NCBI RefSeq assembly: GCF_006345805.1
Contig: NC_043011.1
Location: forward strand, 23,820,464-23,884,463
Length of the DNA: 64,000 nucleotides
From: Octopus sinensis
Taxonomy: Eukaryota
Direction of reading: 5' to 3'
Notes under the pieces: generated by a model
The model's input: the letters and a program-made list of their open reading frames with translations, nothing else
Databases searched by the model: none
What the model was told of the DNA's origin: nothing
Program-made: the position numbers and the translations under genes
In this document: piece after piece, positions 12,230-25,520 of the stretch
How positions within the stretch are numbered: the first letter of the stretch is position 1
Layout of the letters: the number at the start of each line of letters is the position of its first letter

Positions 12230-12970
12230 TATATTACAGTTGAAACAGGTGATATGGGAAAGTGCAGCATTGACAAAACATTTGTGGAGTAAATGATGGT
12301 CTAATTCGACTAAACAGTATCTAATGCGTCCGTTTGGAGGATTCCATGCCCTAACCTATCATGGAAAATTGGGAGTGGAGGAGTATGTAATTTTTGAACC
12401 CACTGAAAAGCTGTCATGTGGATATACTTGCCTTTGAGGCAGTCAGTGTGGTGTCTAATATGACCCATTGTATGGTTGACTGTCAAATGAATGGAGGTGT
12501 AATGGAGATATTGTACGTAAATGGGTATATTCTGGAAATGGGCTGCAATGGGGGACGGCAACGGGGAAGAGAACTGTTGAAATGTTGCAAAAGGTGAAGG
12601 GTTGACATTGGATTGCTGGTATGACTGTAGAATAAGAAACATAGAGTGAGGCTATACCATCACATGAGAATATGTAGTAATGAAATACTTGAAGAAATAC
12701 CGCATGGTATGTATTTTAGTATGTCTGTATTTTTTTATGCAGTGTAAATTAATAAAATATAAGCAAATGAACGAATTAGAAGCACATGTATGGAACTGCT
12801 AATTTAATGGTAAATGCCTCAATAATACAGAGATCAAGAATTATATATAGGATATATAATTATATAAGAATTATATATAGGGTAAATATGTAATTGTAAA
12901 TACCTTGCAACTGCTGTGATAATTATTAACTGGTAATGGAACAGTAAATATGTATTATAAATACCTTGGA
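12230..12970 (-). mobile_element. Second copy of the same Helitron-derived family with a different internal deletion
   Basis: 12230-12500 aligns by eye to 2030-2290 and 12700-12970 to 3090-3330. The middle has weak PIF1-like remnants. Confidence 0.6.
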
Positions 12971-13029
12971 CCTTGCCACCTCGTTTTTTTTTTTTCAAGT
13001 GTCACGTCTAGAACTCATACATTCAGGCA

Positions 13030-13960
13030 TGTCAGTTGACACATGTATATTTATGTGTGTGTTTAATAATGTACGTAACACAGAAACACACACACTCACA
13101 GACAGGTATACACTCATATACGAAATGTGACGTCGTCTTAGTTGTGGTATAGAATGTGACTGACATACGTGCATGTACTAAGATAGCAACACAGAGACAT
13201 ACATTTACATATGTCAGTCGTTACATATGTTTATGGGTGTGTGTGTGTGTTAATAACGTACCTAACACGGAAAGACACAAGCTGAGACACACACATACAT
13301 ACACTCACAGACAGATACAGCCATATACAAAATGTGACGTTGTGTTATAAAATGTCCTGTTGAGAATAGAAAGATTATCTCTATGAAATGTTATATTGTT
13401 TTAATTGAAATGAAAGTTTGACCGTCCAACCCATGCTAGCATGGAGAACAGACGTTAAACGATGATGATGATGATGATAGGCCAGCCCTCACATACATAT
13501 AGTAAGATAGATGCACAAACATACATTCATATATGTCAGTCTTCACATTTGTATGTGTATGTGTAGATGTGTGTGTGTTTAATAAAGTACCTAACGCGGA
13601 AAGACACACACACTCATACACTTAATACACTTACACAAATACTCTCACAAACAGATACAGTCATATACAAAATGTGATGCTGTTGTCGTTGAGATATAAA
13701 ATGTCCTGTTGACAATAGAAAGATTATCTCTATGAAATGTTATATTGTTTAAATGGAAATGAAAATAAAATTTCGTATTGACACTGACCAGCCCTCACAT
13801 ACATATAGTGTATTTAATAATAAACCTAACAGGGAAAGACACACTGATACATATACACTCTCATACAATCACACACATACACTCACAGATAGATGCAGTC
13901 ATACACAAAATGTGATGTCGTCGTAGTATAAAAAATGTCCTGTTGACAATAGAAAGATTG
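13030..13960. repeat. About 4 diverged tandem units of ~200-300 bp
   Basis: Recurrent cctaac.ggaaagacacac, caaaatgtga.g and aaaatgtcctgttga.aatagaaagatt at ~13345, 13695 and 13930. Confidence 0.65.
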
Positions 13961-14997
13961 CAGTGTGGAAGATGTTTGTAAGCCATTCAAGAACACACAA
14001 AAATTATTAGTTTCACTTCAACATTTAAATTCCATTTGTGTCAAAATATTTTCTTTGCTTTGAAACTGCAACCCCAGAACTTATTCTTTGTAAGCCTAGT
14101 ACTTATTCTATCAGTCTTATTTGCCGAACTGCTAAGTTACGGGGACGTAAACACATCAGCATTGGTTGTCAAGCGATGTTAGGGGGACAAACAAAGACAC
14201 ACAAATACACACACATATGTACATATACATATATACGATGGGCTTCTTTCAGTTTCCGTCTACCAAATCCACTCGCAAGGCTTTAGTCAGCCCGAGGCTA
14301 TAGTAGAAGACACTTGCCCAAGGTTCCACACAGTGGGACTGAACCTGGAACCATGTGATTGGTAAGCAAGCTACTTACCACACAGTTACTCCTACGCCTA
14401 TAATTGTGTAGAATTTTTCAGGTTGTCTCTGTGTTTTCAAGTTCTTCTCTAAAGAATAAGAGATTAAATGCAAGACACATTCTGTAACTTTGGATATTCA
14501 ATTAATAAAGATTCCTCTGTCAAAAATAGATTTAAATTTTGAATCGGTTTTTAGAGTTAGTAGCATGGCTGTGTGGTTAAGAAGCTTGCTTCCCAACTAT
14601 GTGATCTTAGGATCATGCCACCTTGGACAAGTGTCTTCCATTATAGCCTTGGACCAAACAAAACTTAGTGAGTGGATTTGGTAGATGGAAACTGGAAGAA
14701 GCCTGTTGTATGTGTGTGTGTATATATATATATGTATATATCTGTATCTTTGTGTTTGTTCTCCTCCACTGCTTTATGACGTATGTTAGTTTATATCCCT
14801 GTAACTTAGTAAGTTCAGCAAAAGGCATCGAAAGAATACCAGACTCAAAAAAACAAAAACAAAAAAAAAACAAACTACTGCGGTTGATTTGTTTAACTGA
14901 ATCCTTCAAGTTGGTGTTGCAGGATGGCTGCAGTCCAAGGACTTTTAAACAAATAAATGATAAAAGAAATTGTTTCACAATTTTCTGTCCACACTCT

Positions 14998-15218
14998 TTT
15001 AGCTCTTAAACATTTAAACCGACCATATCTGGCCAAAATATACCACTTGTTTTTTGTAAAAACAGGCCAGATCCAGCCTCTTACACCAACCCTACAATGT
15101 TAGTCTAAAAATAAGCAATCACTTCTCTGGAATTTTGAAGCTGTGAAATAATGCATAATTAATTCAAAACGATGTGAATAAATAAGCATTTGACAGTAAT
15201 CTGAATGCCAAGGGATTA
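14998..15218. mobile_element. Degenerate MITE, possibly piggyBac-like (TTAA end)
   Basis: tttagctcttaaacatttaaacc...ctgaatgccaagggattaa gives weak terminal inverted similarity. Confidence 0.35.
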
Positions 15219-15434
15219 AGTCTCATTTGCTTCCTCTTAATTCCATTTTTTTCCCCTGAGGAATATGAACTTCCACATTAGTTGTCTTTACAGGCACCGG
15301 CACAGCTGTGTGGTATGGAACTTGCTTCCTGACCACATGGTTCCAGGTTCAGTCCCACTGCATGGCACCTTGTGCAAGTGCGTTCTACTATATCCTTGGT
15401 AGACAGAAACTGAAAGAAACCAGTCGTGTGTGTT

Positions 15435-15475
<41 letters not shown>

Positions 15476-15859
15476 ACATACACACACATTTGTGTTTGTG
15501 TCTCTGTCCTAACCCCCATCGTTTGACAACTGATGTTGGTGTGTTTATGTCCCTGTAACTTATCAGTTCAGCAAAAGAGACCTATCGAATAAGCACTAGG
15601 CTTACAAAGAATAAGTCCTGGGGTCGATTTCTTTGACGAAAGGTGGTGCTCCAGTATGGTCGCAGTCATATGACTGCGACAAGTAAAAGAATAAGTTTAT
15701 CTCTGTTGTTAGTTTGTTGAATGAAGACAAGTGTTTTTAAAGTGGGGAGTATTACTATTTTTGAGAAACTGTTGTAGTATGTCTTTTGTTGACATAATGA
15801 AGTCCTTAGGTGAAAAAAAAAAAAGTCAAAATAATTGTTCTTTGTTGTACTCATTGTAG

Positions 15860-15999
15860 GTACCCTCTTTCAACCAAAGCTGAAGAAAAAACGATCGGTG
15901 ACTAAATTGACTGAGAAGGACACTAAAGAGGTATCCAAGTATTGCCTTAACCATCAAGAGTTGGGATCAGATGGAGAAATGCGTACTAAATTATATAAG
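15860..15999 (+). CDS. KIF23: KIF23 exon: GTLFQPKLKKKRSVTKLTEKDTKEVSKYCLNHQELGSDGEMRTKLYK
   Basis: Boundaries cattgtag| and AAG|gtgaca. Phase 1 in matches the previous exon. KY.L.HQEL.SDGE..TKL.K is the MKLP1 Arf6-binding tail motif. Confidence 0.93.
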
Positions 16000-16786
16000 G
16001 TGACATTTCTTTGCCTCATTCTTTTTGCACCTCAAAACGATAATTCTTTACACTTGGTATTTCTCTCTGATTGAACCTGACTTTTAGTGATGGCATAGGT
16101 AAAATACTTTACGGCTTGGGTTATTTGTTGAAAGAACTTTGTGCATGCGTGTGTGCATGTGTGCATGCATATATTTTGTTCTCTTCATCCTCATTATCAT
16201 CATCTTACATTTGCTTTTTCCACTGGTATGGGGTTGGTTAGGTTGTCAGTTCTCATTTGGAGTTATTACCCTTAAGACGTGTTAGAGGACCACTTTTTTG
16301 CTTATGCATTTTATGTTTTGGTTGGTTGTCAACCACTTCACAGTGTGTAACTGGGTGTGTTCTAGTATAGCACCAGGTTGTCATTTCCTTGTCATAAGAG
16401 TCCTCTCTCCTTTCAACCCTATGTTGTTTTCACTCATACACTTTCCACTTTATAGTGTGTACTTGGGGTGCATTTTATTAAAGAATTGGTAAAATTTCAT
16501 ATTTATTTGATTTTGATCAAGATACATTTTACTCTTCTTGCCCCTACTCCATATACTGCAAGTGCTAACTCTTTTGCTTGTTGCTGCTACAGTGGACAGT
16601 GTTACCATGTAATAATTCTTCCCAATTTTGGCATGAGGCCAGCAGTTTTAGTTGTGAAAATAAATCAATGGCATTGACCCCAAAAGGATGAAGGGCAAAG
16701 TTGGTTCCAGTAGGATTTGAACACAGAACATAGAGCTGGAAGAAATGCCACCAAACGTTTTTATCTATAGAATTTTTAATTGTATA

Positions 16787-17093
16787 TCTTTATATATAAA
16801 ATTGAAGTTGTGTGTGTCAGACTCTGTCTCCTCCGATTTAGATTCCTAACTACTCCCACATTTTGCGGTGCAGTTTAACCAAAAGTGGGTATCTTATAGT
16901 CGTCATTCATATCGAGCCCTGCTGGGTATTAGCGCATGGCTACGATGAATCTACGATTTAAAAAAAAATTTACCATAATTTTTCTGCATTTTTAATGATT
17001 TTGGCTCAGGTTATATAAGGGAAGTAACTCTCTAAAAATGCTTATATAGTTATTTCCCTTACAAACCTGAGCAACGCCGGGCGATACTGCTAG
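16787..17093 (+). mobile_element. Short non-autonomous Helitron
   Basis: 5' A|TC; 3' AAACCTGAGCAACGCCGGGCGATACTGCTAG|T. Confidence 0.8.
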
Positions 17094-17619
17094 TTATTTA
17101 ATACAGTTTAACTTGAGATGAACAGTTTGTTGATAGGATCTGAATTTAAAGAAAGGGGTGGGGAGCAAAGATCTGTTCTGAGCCATTGACTCATAAGGCT
17201 AGTTTCTGAGGTATATACATTCTGCCCTTGGATTGGACACCAGTGCAGGATTACTCATTTATGCCAAGAACAGAACACAATGCATTGCCTGGTCCAGGAA
17301 TCGAAACCACAACCTTATGATTATGAGTGCAACAACCTAACCATTAAGCCAGCCACTTCCACAGGATCAGGATAACTCACCCATAAAAAATATAATTTTT
17401 CTAAATTCAGAGATTTGTTCATACTAAATTTATTTGTTAAAATTTCCTAAATGAAATTTTACTAAATCTGTGTGTGAAAATTGACTAATGAAACTTTTAC
17501 TGAAACAAAGTTGGGAAGGGAGATCTTTGGGAATTCATCTTTCATTTTTACAAATAAATCAATGGTTTCCTTCAATGCAATCACACTCTCTTTTTTTTTT
17601 TTTTTTTTTTTCACTTTAG

Positions 17620-17801
17620 GGCAATGTTCTTCCCACAGCTACTGGAGGTTGCACAATGGTTTTTAATGAAGTAGAAATGGTAAGACGTGGAAATCCTGGC
17701 AATGGCAAGAAGAGGCATAGTCCGCCTAACCAACATACTCGTCCTGGCAGTGACTGGACTGATACTGACGTACGATGTGGCTATGCTATTGATGGACATA
17801 A
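17620..17801 (+). CDS. KIF23: KIF23 exon: GNVLPTATGGCTMVFNEVEMVRRGNPGNGKKRHSPPNQHTRPGSDWTDTDVRCGYAIDGH(K)
   Basis: Poly-T tract then cactttag|; donor AA|gtaagt. G.V..T..GG....F...E and WTD...RC match the KIF23 C-terminus. Confidence 0.92.
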
Positions 17802-18409
17802 GTAAGTTTTGCGTTTATTTACTTCATTGGTTACATGGTCTTTTTTTTAACTAAAACATGTTGCCTATGTCTGTTCTATTTCTAAATTAGTGAATTTAAA
17901 CGGGTTTCGTTAAAAAAGTCATAACTCTGTTGTTAATTTTTGCCGTTGTGTAGCTCCAAGTCAGTCCTGATTGCACATAACCATTGCCAATATGTCTATG
18001 TATATTCAGGATTATATTGTCCAGTGTGTTTGTGGTTTTCTTTTTGCCTTTTTTTAAAGAAGGTAGGATATATGATATGAGGAAAATTTGGTTGCTATTT
18101 CTAACAGGTCAATAGCCCACATAGAAAATTCTCTGTTAATCTGTATATTAGGATGTTTAGAACTCATAAAAGATTGTAACAAATTTATAGTAATTGTTTT
18201 TTCCTCTACTCGCTCAAAAGCCTTACTCTAATTACTAGTAAACGCATTGGAATCTAAAATTAAAATCATCACAAAGTGTCCAGTTATCATAAATAAGAAA
18301 CTAAGACATTGTAAGTACAGATAGAGCTGGGTGGTTAACTAATTTGCTTCACAATTTTGTATCTGGGTTTTGATTATACCAGTAGTTCAAACCATCTGTG
18401 GACTATCAG

Positions 18410-18650
18410 TCTGGTTTGACATTGAACAATGTGTCCATTAGGGCTGTATCCTTTCTCTGTACCCCTTTAATGTTTATTCCAAGACAATAAAGAGACACAG
18501 TGTATGGTTTCATTGAAAGCATCAAATCAAAATTAATGGTAAGGTCATAAAAAATGTGAGGTATGCAGACAATGTAGTCCTCATAGCTGGCAGAATGCAA
18601 CAGGATTTAGTAAATAGACTAAGCGGTGCAAGTACTCAAGTTGAGCTTCA
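18410..18650 (+). pseudogene. RTE-like LINE RT fragment in the last KIF23 intron
   Basis: GCILSLYPFNVYS (like GCILSPYLFNLY) and IKINGKVIKNVRYADNVVLIA (YADD region). Confidence 0.75.
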
Positions 18651-19579
18651 TCTACCCCAACCCCACAAAAGAAACAAAAAAAAAAGTTACAAAAACAATT
18701 AAAAGTACAGCAAACAATGAACAAGATTGCATAACAATATTAACAATAATATTGAAAACATAAAAGATATCTCTCTCTCTTCCTCCCTCTCTCTCTGTGC
18801 CCTTGCAGTCTAGTGGCCCCCTTTTTCTGTGTCTTCTTCTTTTGTGATTTTTATATCCTGGTGTTTGATGTAGAATTTAATGAAAGTATTCACATGACGT
18901 AATACTATTACTGTTACACAAGGTTAAACGGTCATATTATTTGTATTGTGTGTATATATAGGTCTGTGTGTGTGTGTATATATTGTATATATGTGTGTAT
19001 ATATTTGTGTATATATGTGTATGTGTATATGTATGCGTATGTGTGTGTATATATGTGTGTGCATGTATGTCTGTATATGTGTATATATGTGTGTGTGTAC
19101 ACGTGCGTGTGTATATACGTCTGTATATATCTCTATGTATATATATTGTGTTTATGTGTCTAAGTGTACCCTTGTCTTGACATGCAATGTTAATGAAAAA
19201 CACATATGGCCTTGGGGAAATATTACCTTGCTTTGAAACAGGTGAGAGTTGGCAACAGGAAAGGCATCCAACCGTAGAATGTCTACTTCAACAAATTCTG
19301 TCTGACTCATTGAACAGGGAAGTGTTGAAGTGATGACAATCAGTATATGAAACTGATTCAGGTGGATAGGGTTTTTCCTGCTAGCTGATAATTTTTTTAA
19401 AATCTAAAGGAATTATGTAAGTAAGAAATGCCATGTGATGTCTGATATTTACATTCGCCTCTTGCTTCTGAACAACTTAATAATAAAAAATATATAATGT
19501 GGCTTTGTTATTTGTGTAAAGAAATATGTAAAAAAGAAAAAAAAAATAGTCACCTTTATTTTTCTATTTGTCTTTGTAG

Positions 19580-19604
19580 GAGACCTAAACCATCACAAAT
19601 ATAG
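19580..19604 (+). CDS. KIF23: KIF23 terminal coding exon: (K)RPKPSQI-stop
   Basis: Acceptor tctttgtag|G completes the phase-2 codon AAG. The basic KRPKP resembles the terminal KRKKP of vertebrate KIF23; TAG at 19602-19604. Confidence 0.75.
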
Positions 19605-21189
19605 AATATCGACCCCGTGGAATTTGGAGTCTGGTGCTGTGTATATACATTGGAGAATTAAAGAACTGAAATTAGTGATGGTAGCCAAGCTGCTAATAGT
19701 TATGAGTATAGTTATGAGTGCAACCGATTGTGTGTATGTGTATGTGTGTGTGTGTACTTGATTGTGTGTGTATCGTAATATAACAGCTTAAAAAAACGTA
19801 CTACAAAATTGATAGAAAATATATAAATCAAATTAAATTAATGCTTCTGAATTATCTTAAAAAATTGGTGTAAATATTATGTCTGTTGAAGATAAATTCT
19901 ACAAGTAAATATATATATAACACACTGTATATAGCATATATATATATATATATATAGCATACTGTATTTTTTTTTTATGACCAGTCACATTATGCTATGT
20001 GCTTCACTAGCTGTCTGTAGAAATCAGAGAAATATATAAGAAACCAATTGTGTATGTATTAAAGTTTATATTAACTAAATGTAGACATTTAGTCTTTAGT
20101 CAATGTCATGTTTGGCCTGTAATGAAAGTTTTTAATGCCAGTTAATAGTTTTATATTATTCAGAAATGTGGAAAGATGTACAGTAGAACACCAGATTAAA
20201 TTTTTCCTTTTTTGCTTTAATTTGGTAGGTTTTTAGTTATTGTTGCATTATTCTTCCTTCTATGTTTAATGAACCTGTAATATTCTGGTGTTGATTTACA
20301 TCACTACACATTTCTATAACAAGCAAAATTTATCACTTGTTTAAAGAAATGGAATCAGTATGCTGTATCTTTAAATCGATTATATAAAAAAAAAGGCTTT
20401 TTATTATCCAACTTGCATAAATTAAACTTATATTAAATATTAATAAGATATACACATAAGGTTTTTTATTATCTAGCTTGCATAATTAAACTTATGTTAA
20501 ATATTAAGATATACATATAAATGTGAATTAAATATTTTGAACATCATCATCTTTATTAAGTTACCCAGATCACTGTAACTCTTCCATGCCAAACATCCCA
20601 TTTGAGTGATGAAGCATGAATGTCTGTGCCTGGGTTTTAGTCACAGTGGTTCATTGTTAGCTGAAATGCCTCATCTGTGCACGCCACAAGTACAGATGGT
20701 AGCAGTATTTCACTTACTGAAATGGTTCGATCTTGACAGTTTGTTGTCTGTTAATCTGCTTAGCATCTAGTGATATTTACCATTGAATCTATAAGTTCAT
20801 CTGCTGAAATAACTCACATTCACCAAGCTGCATCCCATGATTTCAATGCACTCTGGACCAGGTGGTTACATGCTATTTAACTCATAGCTGGTGCTACTAC
20901 TTTGGGTCAGAGTAGACCTGGGAAGAATAGGGGCTAAAAGGTGGTTCCACACCCCTCAAAACCCAGGAACTTTTAAACCAGGCTCCCACTGTTGGATGCA
21001 GTCTATAGTAGCTAATTTCATCTTTCTTTGTCAATTTATTAAAAGCAGGGAAAATTAAAAACTGAAAGACCCCTAGTACATTTTATATGCATGCGTATAG
21101 GAATAAATTGCTTTTCTACTTTTGTTGAAATTTCATTTTGGTATTGTGTTGGTGTCATTGGAAAATCTATATATAATGTTCAGTGAATT

Positions 21190-23600
21190 ATAAGGCAGCG
21201 AGCTGGCAGAATCATTAGCATGCTAGGTGAGATTCTTAGTGGCATTTCATCCGTCTTTACATTCTGAGTTCAAATTCTGTCAAGGTTGACTTTGCCTTTC
21301 ATCCTTTTGGGGTCAATAAAATAAGCACCTGTTGAGCACTGGGGTTGATTTAATCAGCTTACCCCTTTCTCAAAAGTGCTGGCCTTGTACCAAAATTTGA
21401 AACTATTATTGAGAGGGAATACGTATATATATATTAGGAGCGAGCCATGTTTCTTGGATTTTTAATGGAAGAAAGTTGTTTGTCAGTTTAGTTTATTGTC
21501 CGATATATTTTTACCTATTCTCTGATACAGTGATATAATTAATACACAACTTTTTAATCTTCATGCACCTGTGCATGTACACTCTTACATTTGTGTGTGT
21601 TTGTGTGTGTGTACTGGCACATTTTCATGTTGCTCAGGAATATTTAACCTTTTACTGCTCTATTTTGTAACAGACCATATCAAAACCAATTATTTCTCTT
21701 CTTGAGTTTCGAGACAGTGAATTCTTGATATTGTAATCATCATCATCATCATCATCATTTTAGCATACCAGGTGAAATACTTAGTGGTATTTTGCCTGTT
21801 GTTATGTTCCGAGTTTTAATTCTGCCAAGGTCATCTCTGTCTTTCATCCTTTTGGGGTTGATAAATTAAGTACCAGTAGAACACTGGGGTCGATGTAATT
21901 GACTACTCCCCTCCCTGTGAATTTCAGGCCTTGTTCCTTTAGCAGAAAGGAATATTATTATTGTTAAGGTGGGTAGCTAGCAGAATTGCTAGTACACTGG
22001 ATAAAATGCTTAGGACTATTTCTTCTGACTTTACATTCTGAGTTCAAATTCTGCTGAGGTTGACTTTGCTTTTCATCCTTTCAGAGTTGATAGAATAAGT
22101 ATCGGTTGAGCACTGGGGTCGATGAAGTCAACTATCCTCTCCCACCAAATTTTAGTCCTTGTGCTTGTACTAGAAGTAATTGTTATTGTTGAGAGTGGCT
22201 AGCTGGAGGAATTGTTAGTGTTGGGAAAAATGTTTTGTGGTATTTCTTCTGGCTTGGGTTCAAATTCTGCTGAGGTCATCTTTACCTTTCCTCCTTTTGG
22301 GGTTAATAGAATAAGGTACCAGCCAAGTGCTGGAGACTCTGTAATTGATTGACCTCTTTCCTCTAAAACTGATAGCCTTGTACCAAAATTTGAAACAATT
22401 ACGACACTGTGTAGCACAAGTTTTGTCCTTGGGTAGCATCTGTTATTTCTTATTTGCTTACCCCTAGAAAGTATGAAAAATAGCTAATATTTTCTTCAAA
22501 CTTTGCATTTGTTACATTTATTCAAGCCCTAAAGAACCCTTTCAACACATGGCTATGATACTCCCCCACTACTCTTGCTCATGATCAGAGATGCACATAT
22601 TGTCAATCACTAAGGGACATGTTCCAGTGTTTATGGTCAAGCAACTGACAAGCAAATCTGTGGTATTGAGCAGAATATTTGCTATAACGATATTCTGCTT
22701 CAGTAACTCAGCGTTGTATATATTTGAAATGTAATGGAAAATAAGTCAGTTTCAAGACAGATGTTCAGATCACAAAAGCAAAGTTTGAAGGGAATAGTAA
22801 TTTCCTTTGATTTCTAAGTAGAAGCAAATAGGAAATAACACTAATTGACCAAAGACACAAAAATAAATAAATAATTTTGTTAATGTTATATTAAAAACAT
22901 TATTTGACAATGGTAGAGCAATGGATTGCTGTATTTAGTTAAAGGTTCTGTAGATTCTTGCAGTATTTAGTTGTAGTTCTTTAGATTCAGAGTTCAAATT
23001 CTGCTGAAGTTATCTATTTGAACTCATTCTCTTTTCCTTCTCAATGCTACTTTGTATTTTGTTTCACTTGTCTGTTTTTTATTTATCCTTTTAGAAAGTT
23101 GATAAAAATAAAAGTACCAGTCAAATGCCGGGACTAATAAAATCAACTAATTCTATTCCCTCAAATTTCAAGCCTTGTACCTATGTCAGAAAGCACCAAG
23201 AATAGCATAGTGGAAATATTAAAAGAATTGAACAGTTTTTCGACCATTTAGTTGCAACTCTTTATGTTCTGAGTTCTTTGTCAGTTCCAGTCTTTTTCCA
23301 AGTTTGATAAAATTAAATCCATGTCTTACTGGTTATAGTTATTACAAGGAAGATAATTATTTCTACATAATATTTGGTGGGACTAAGGCAGTGATCTGCC
23401 AGAATTGTTAAGATGTCGGGCGAAATGCTTGGTGGTATTTCATCCGTCCTTACGTCCTGAGTTCAGATTCCACCAAGGTTGACTTTGCCTTTCATCCTTT
23501 CAGGGTCGATAAATTAAATAGCAATTGAGCAGTGGGGTCAATGTATCTGACTTATCCCCTTTCCCAAAATTACTGGCCTTGTGCCAAAGTTTGAAATTAA
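21190..23600 (+). mobile_element. Cluster of SINE family B copies (21190, 21750, 21965, 22195, 22900, 23385). Also at 25935, 28075, 40780, 48140 and 16620(-)
   Basis: Repeated aaggcggcgagctggcagaa...ctgagttcaaattc.gccgaggtcgactttgcctttcatcc...taagtacc. Confidence 0.8.
22410..22860. repeat. Interspersed repeat, with a second copy at 49625-50070
   Basis: Long near-identical blocks (ttttgtccttgggtagca...ccctagaaagtatgaaaaat...gatcagagatgcacatattgtca). Confidence 0.8.
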
Positions 23601-24731
23601 TATTTGGTGGGTTTAGAAAAAATCTAAATGATAATGATATATTAATGAATATTCAGTTACATCCATACCCTTTCCTCTCAGTTTTGGTGTGTGCCCTGTT
23701 CAAAGATATTGTCCTTGTTTTTGTTTTGCTTTATAATAATTTGACCCTTTCCTGCATGAATATTGCTGATAATGACACAAATGAGGAGGCTGACACCCCA
23801 TTTCTCTGAGAGATGAGTTGTGCATCTAGCCTATCTGCTCAAGTGTAAAACATCAGTTTTTCAGAATGACCCTTGGCAGTTGACGTACTAAAAACATGGG
23901 ATGGGATAGAGAGAGAGAGAGAGACTGTTATTTAATATGTACATATTTTATATATTCTCTAACTTCCACACAATAATAAGATGTTAGACATATCTTGTTT
24001 AATCAGGGAAAACCTCCGTCCACTACCACTACCATCACCACCACTACCACCACCACCACCACCACCACCACATAGTCTTTTTACTATGTTTTCCAAATAA
24101 TGTTATCTCCCTGAAGCCAAAGTTCCAATTGTTTACCGACCTATCCTTGTCTCTTTTCCCTTTTTTTTTAATCACCAACAGTTAAGAATGTCACCGGATG
24201 GTTCTCTCTCTCACTCTCCCTTCCTCTCTCTCTCTCTCTCTCTCTCTCTCCTCCTCCACCTCTCTCTATGTATGGATATGAATGTGAAGAATTTGTTTCC
24301 TTATTGTTTCCTCCTGAGTAATTTGCTATTCTTCTCTCCTTTCTTACTTGCACTCATTTGTCTCATTCTCTTTTCCTTCTCAATACTACTCTGTATTTTG
24401 TTTTGTTTGTCTGTTTTTACATCAAGCTTTCTCTCTGTTCTGTCACTCTCTTTCTTTTATATATTTCTGTGTATTTGTTTTTTTTTTTTTTACTCCCTCT
24501 CTTTATTTTATGTATCACCATTATGTTTTTATATCATGCCCCAGTGTCATGTGATAACACCCTATTATTATAACCCACAATGTATAAAATTAATATTCAT
24601 TGGTTGCAATAATAATAAAATCACACTATTTGCTTATAAATCTAGTTTTTTCTATTTTTTTATGTCTTCATCTTTTCTTATATGTTTTTCTTTAACCCTT
24701 TAACATTGAAATTACTCTGTCAAATGTAATG

Positions 24732-24767
<36 letters not shown>

Positions 24768-25164
24768 CATAGCGTAGGAGTGGCTGTGTGGTAAGTAGCT
24801 TGCTAACCAACCACATGGTTCTGGGTTCAGTCCCACTGCGTGGCATCTTGGGCAAGTGTCTTCTGCTATAGCCCCGGGCCGACCAAAGCCTTGTGAGTGG
24901 ATTTGGTAGATGGAAACTGAAAGAAGCCTGTTGTATATATGTATATATATGTGTGTGTTTGTGTGTCTGTGTTTGTCCCCCTGGCATTGCTTGACAACCG
25001 ATGCTGCTGTGTTTACGTCCCCGTCACTTAGCGGTTCAGCAAAAGAGACCGATAGAATAAGTACTGGGCTTACAAAAGAACAAGTCCCGGGGTCGAGTTG
25101 CTCGATTAAAGGTAGTGCTCCAGCATGGCCGCAGTCAAATGACTGAAACAAGTAAAAGAGTACA

Positions 25165-25520
25165 TGGTGGATTCTCTCATTGAAGACGATGAATGAGGGT
25201 TCAGTAAATAACCTTCAACAATTCCTAAGCCTTGTAACACGCATGTGTACCTTCAATCCAGCAGATGTCTTACACACTTTCTCGCAAATGGTACACCTGC
25301 ATGTATTCGTTGGTTCAAAATGTCTTCTTGAGTGGACAGCTAACCCAGCTTTGCTTCGTGCTTTAAACCCACAGTGACACACACAATCATTGTTTGGTGG
25401 ATTTTGCTGATGATGTATTGCTTTCAAATTTGCACGAAGGGCGTCCCTATGACGAAGACGGTTACTTTCAAATTCTCTAGTCTTTAGAAAACACATTTTC
25501 CTCCATTTGCTGCAATCCCC
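25165..25520 (-). mobile_element. 3' end of an RTE-type LINE with tandem C2H2 fingers
   Basis: FE..R.....R...K then CHCGFKARSKAGLAVHSRRH and CTICEKVCKTSAGLKVHMR, followed by a short UTR (catcgtcttcaatgagaga). Confidence 0.7.

Noticed and set aside
24188-24703. 171-aa hydrophobic ORF
   Set aside because: Derived from (CT)n and T-rich low-complexity sequence.
25215-25496. Host C2H2 zinc-finger gene
   Set aside because: The fingers follow an RTE-type C-terminal basic helix and precede an RTE-like UTR, so this is a LINE end.
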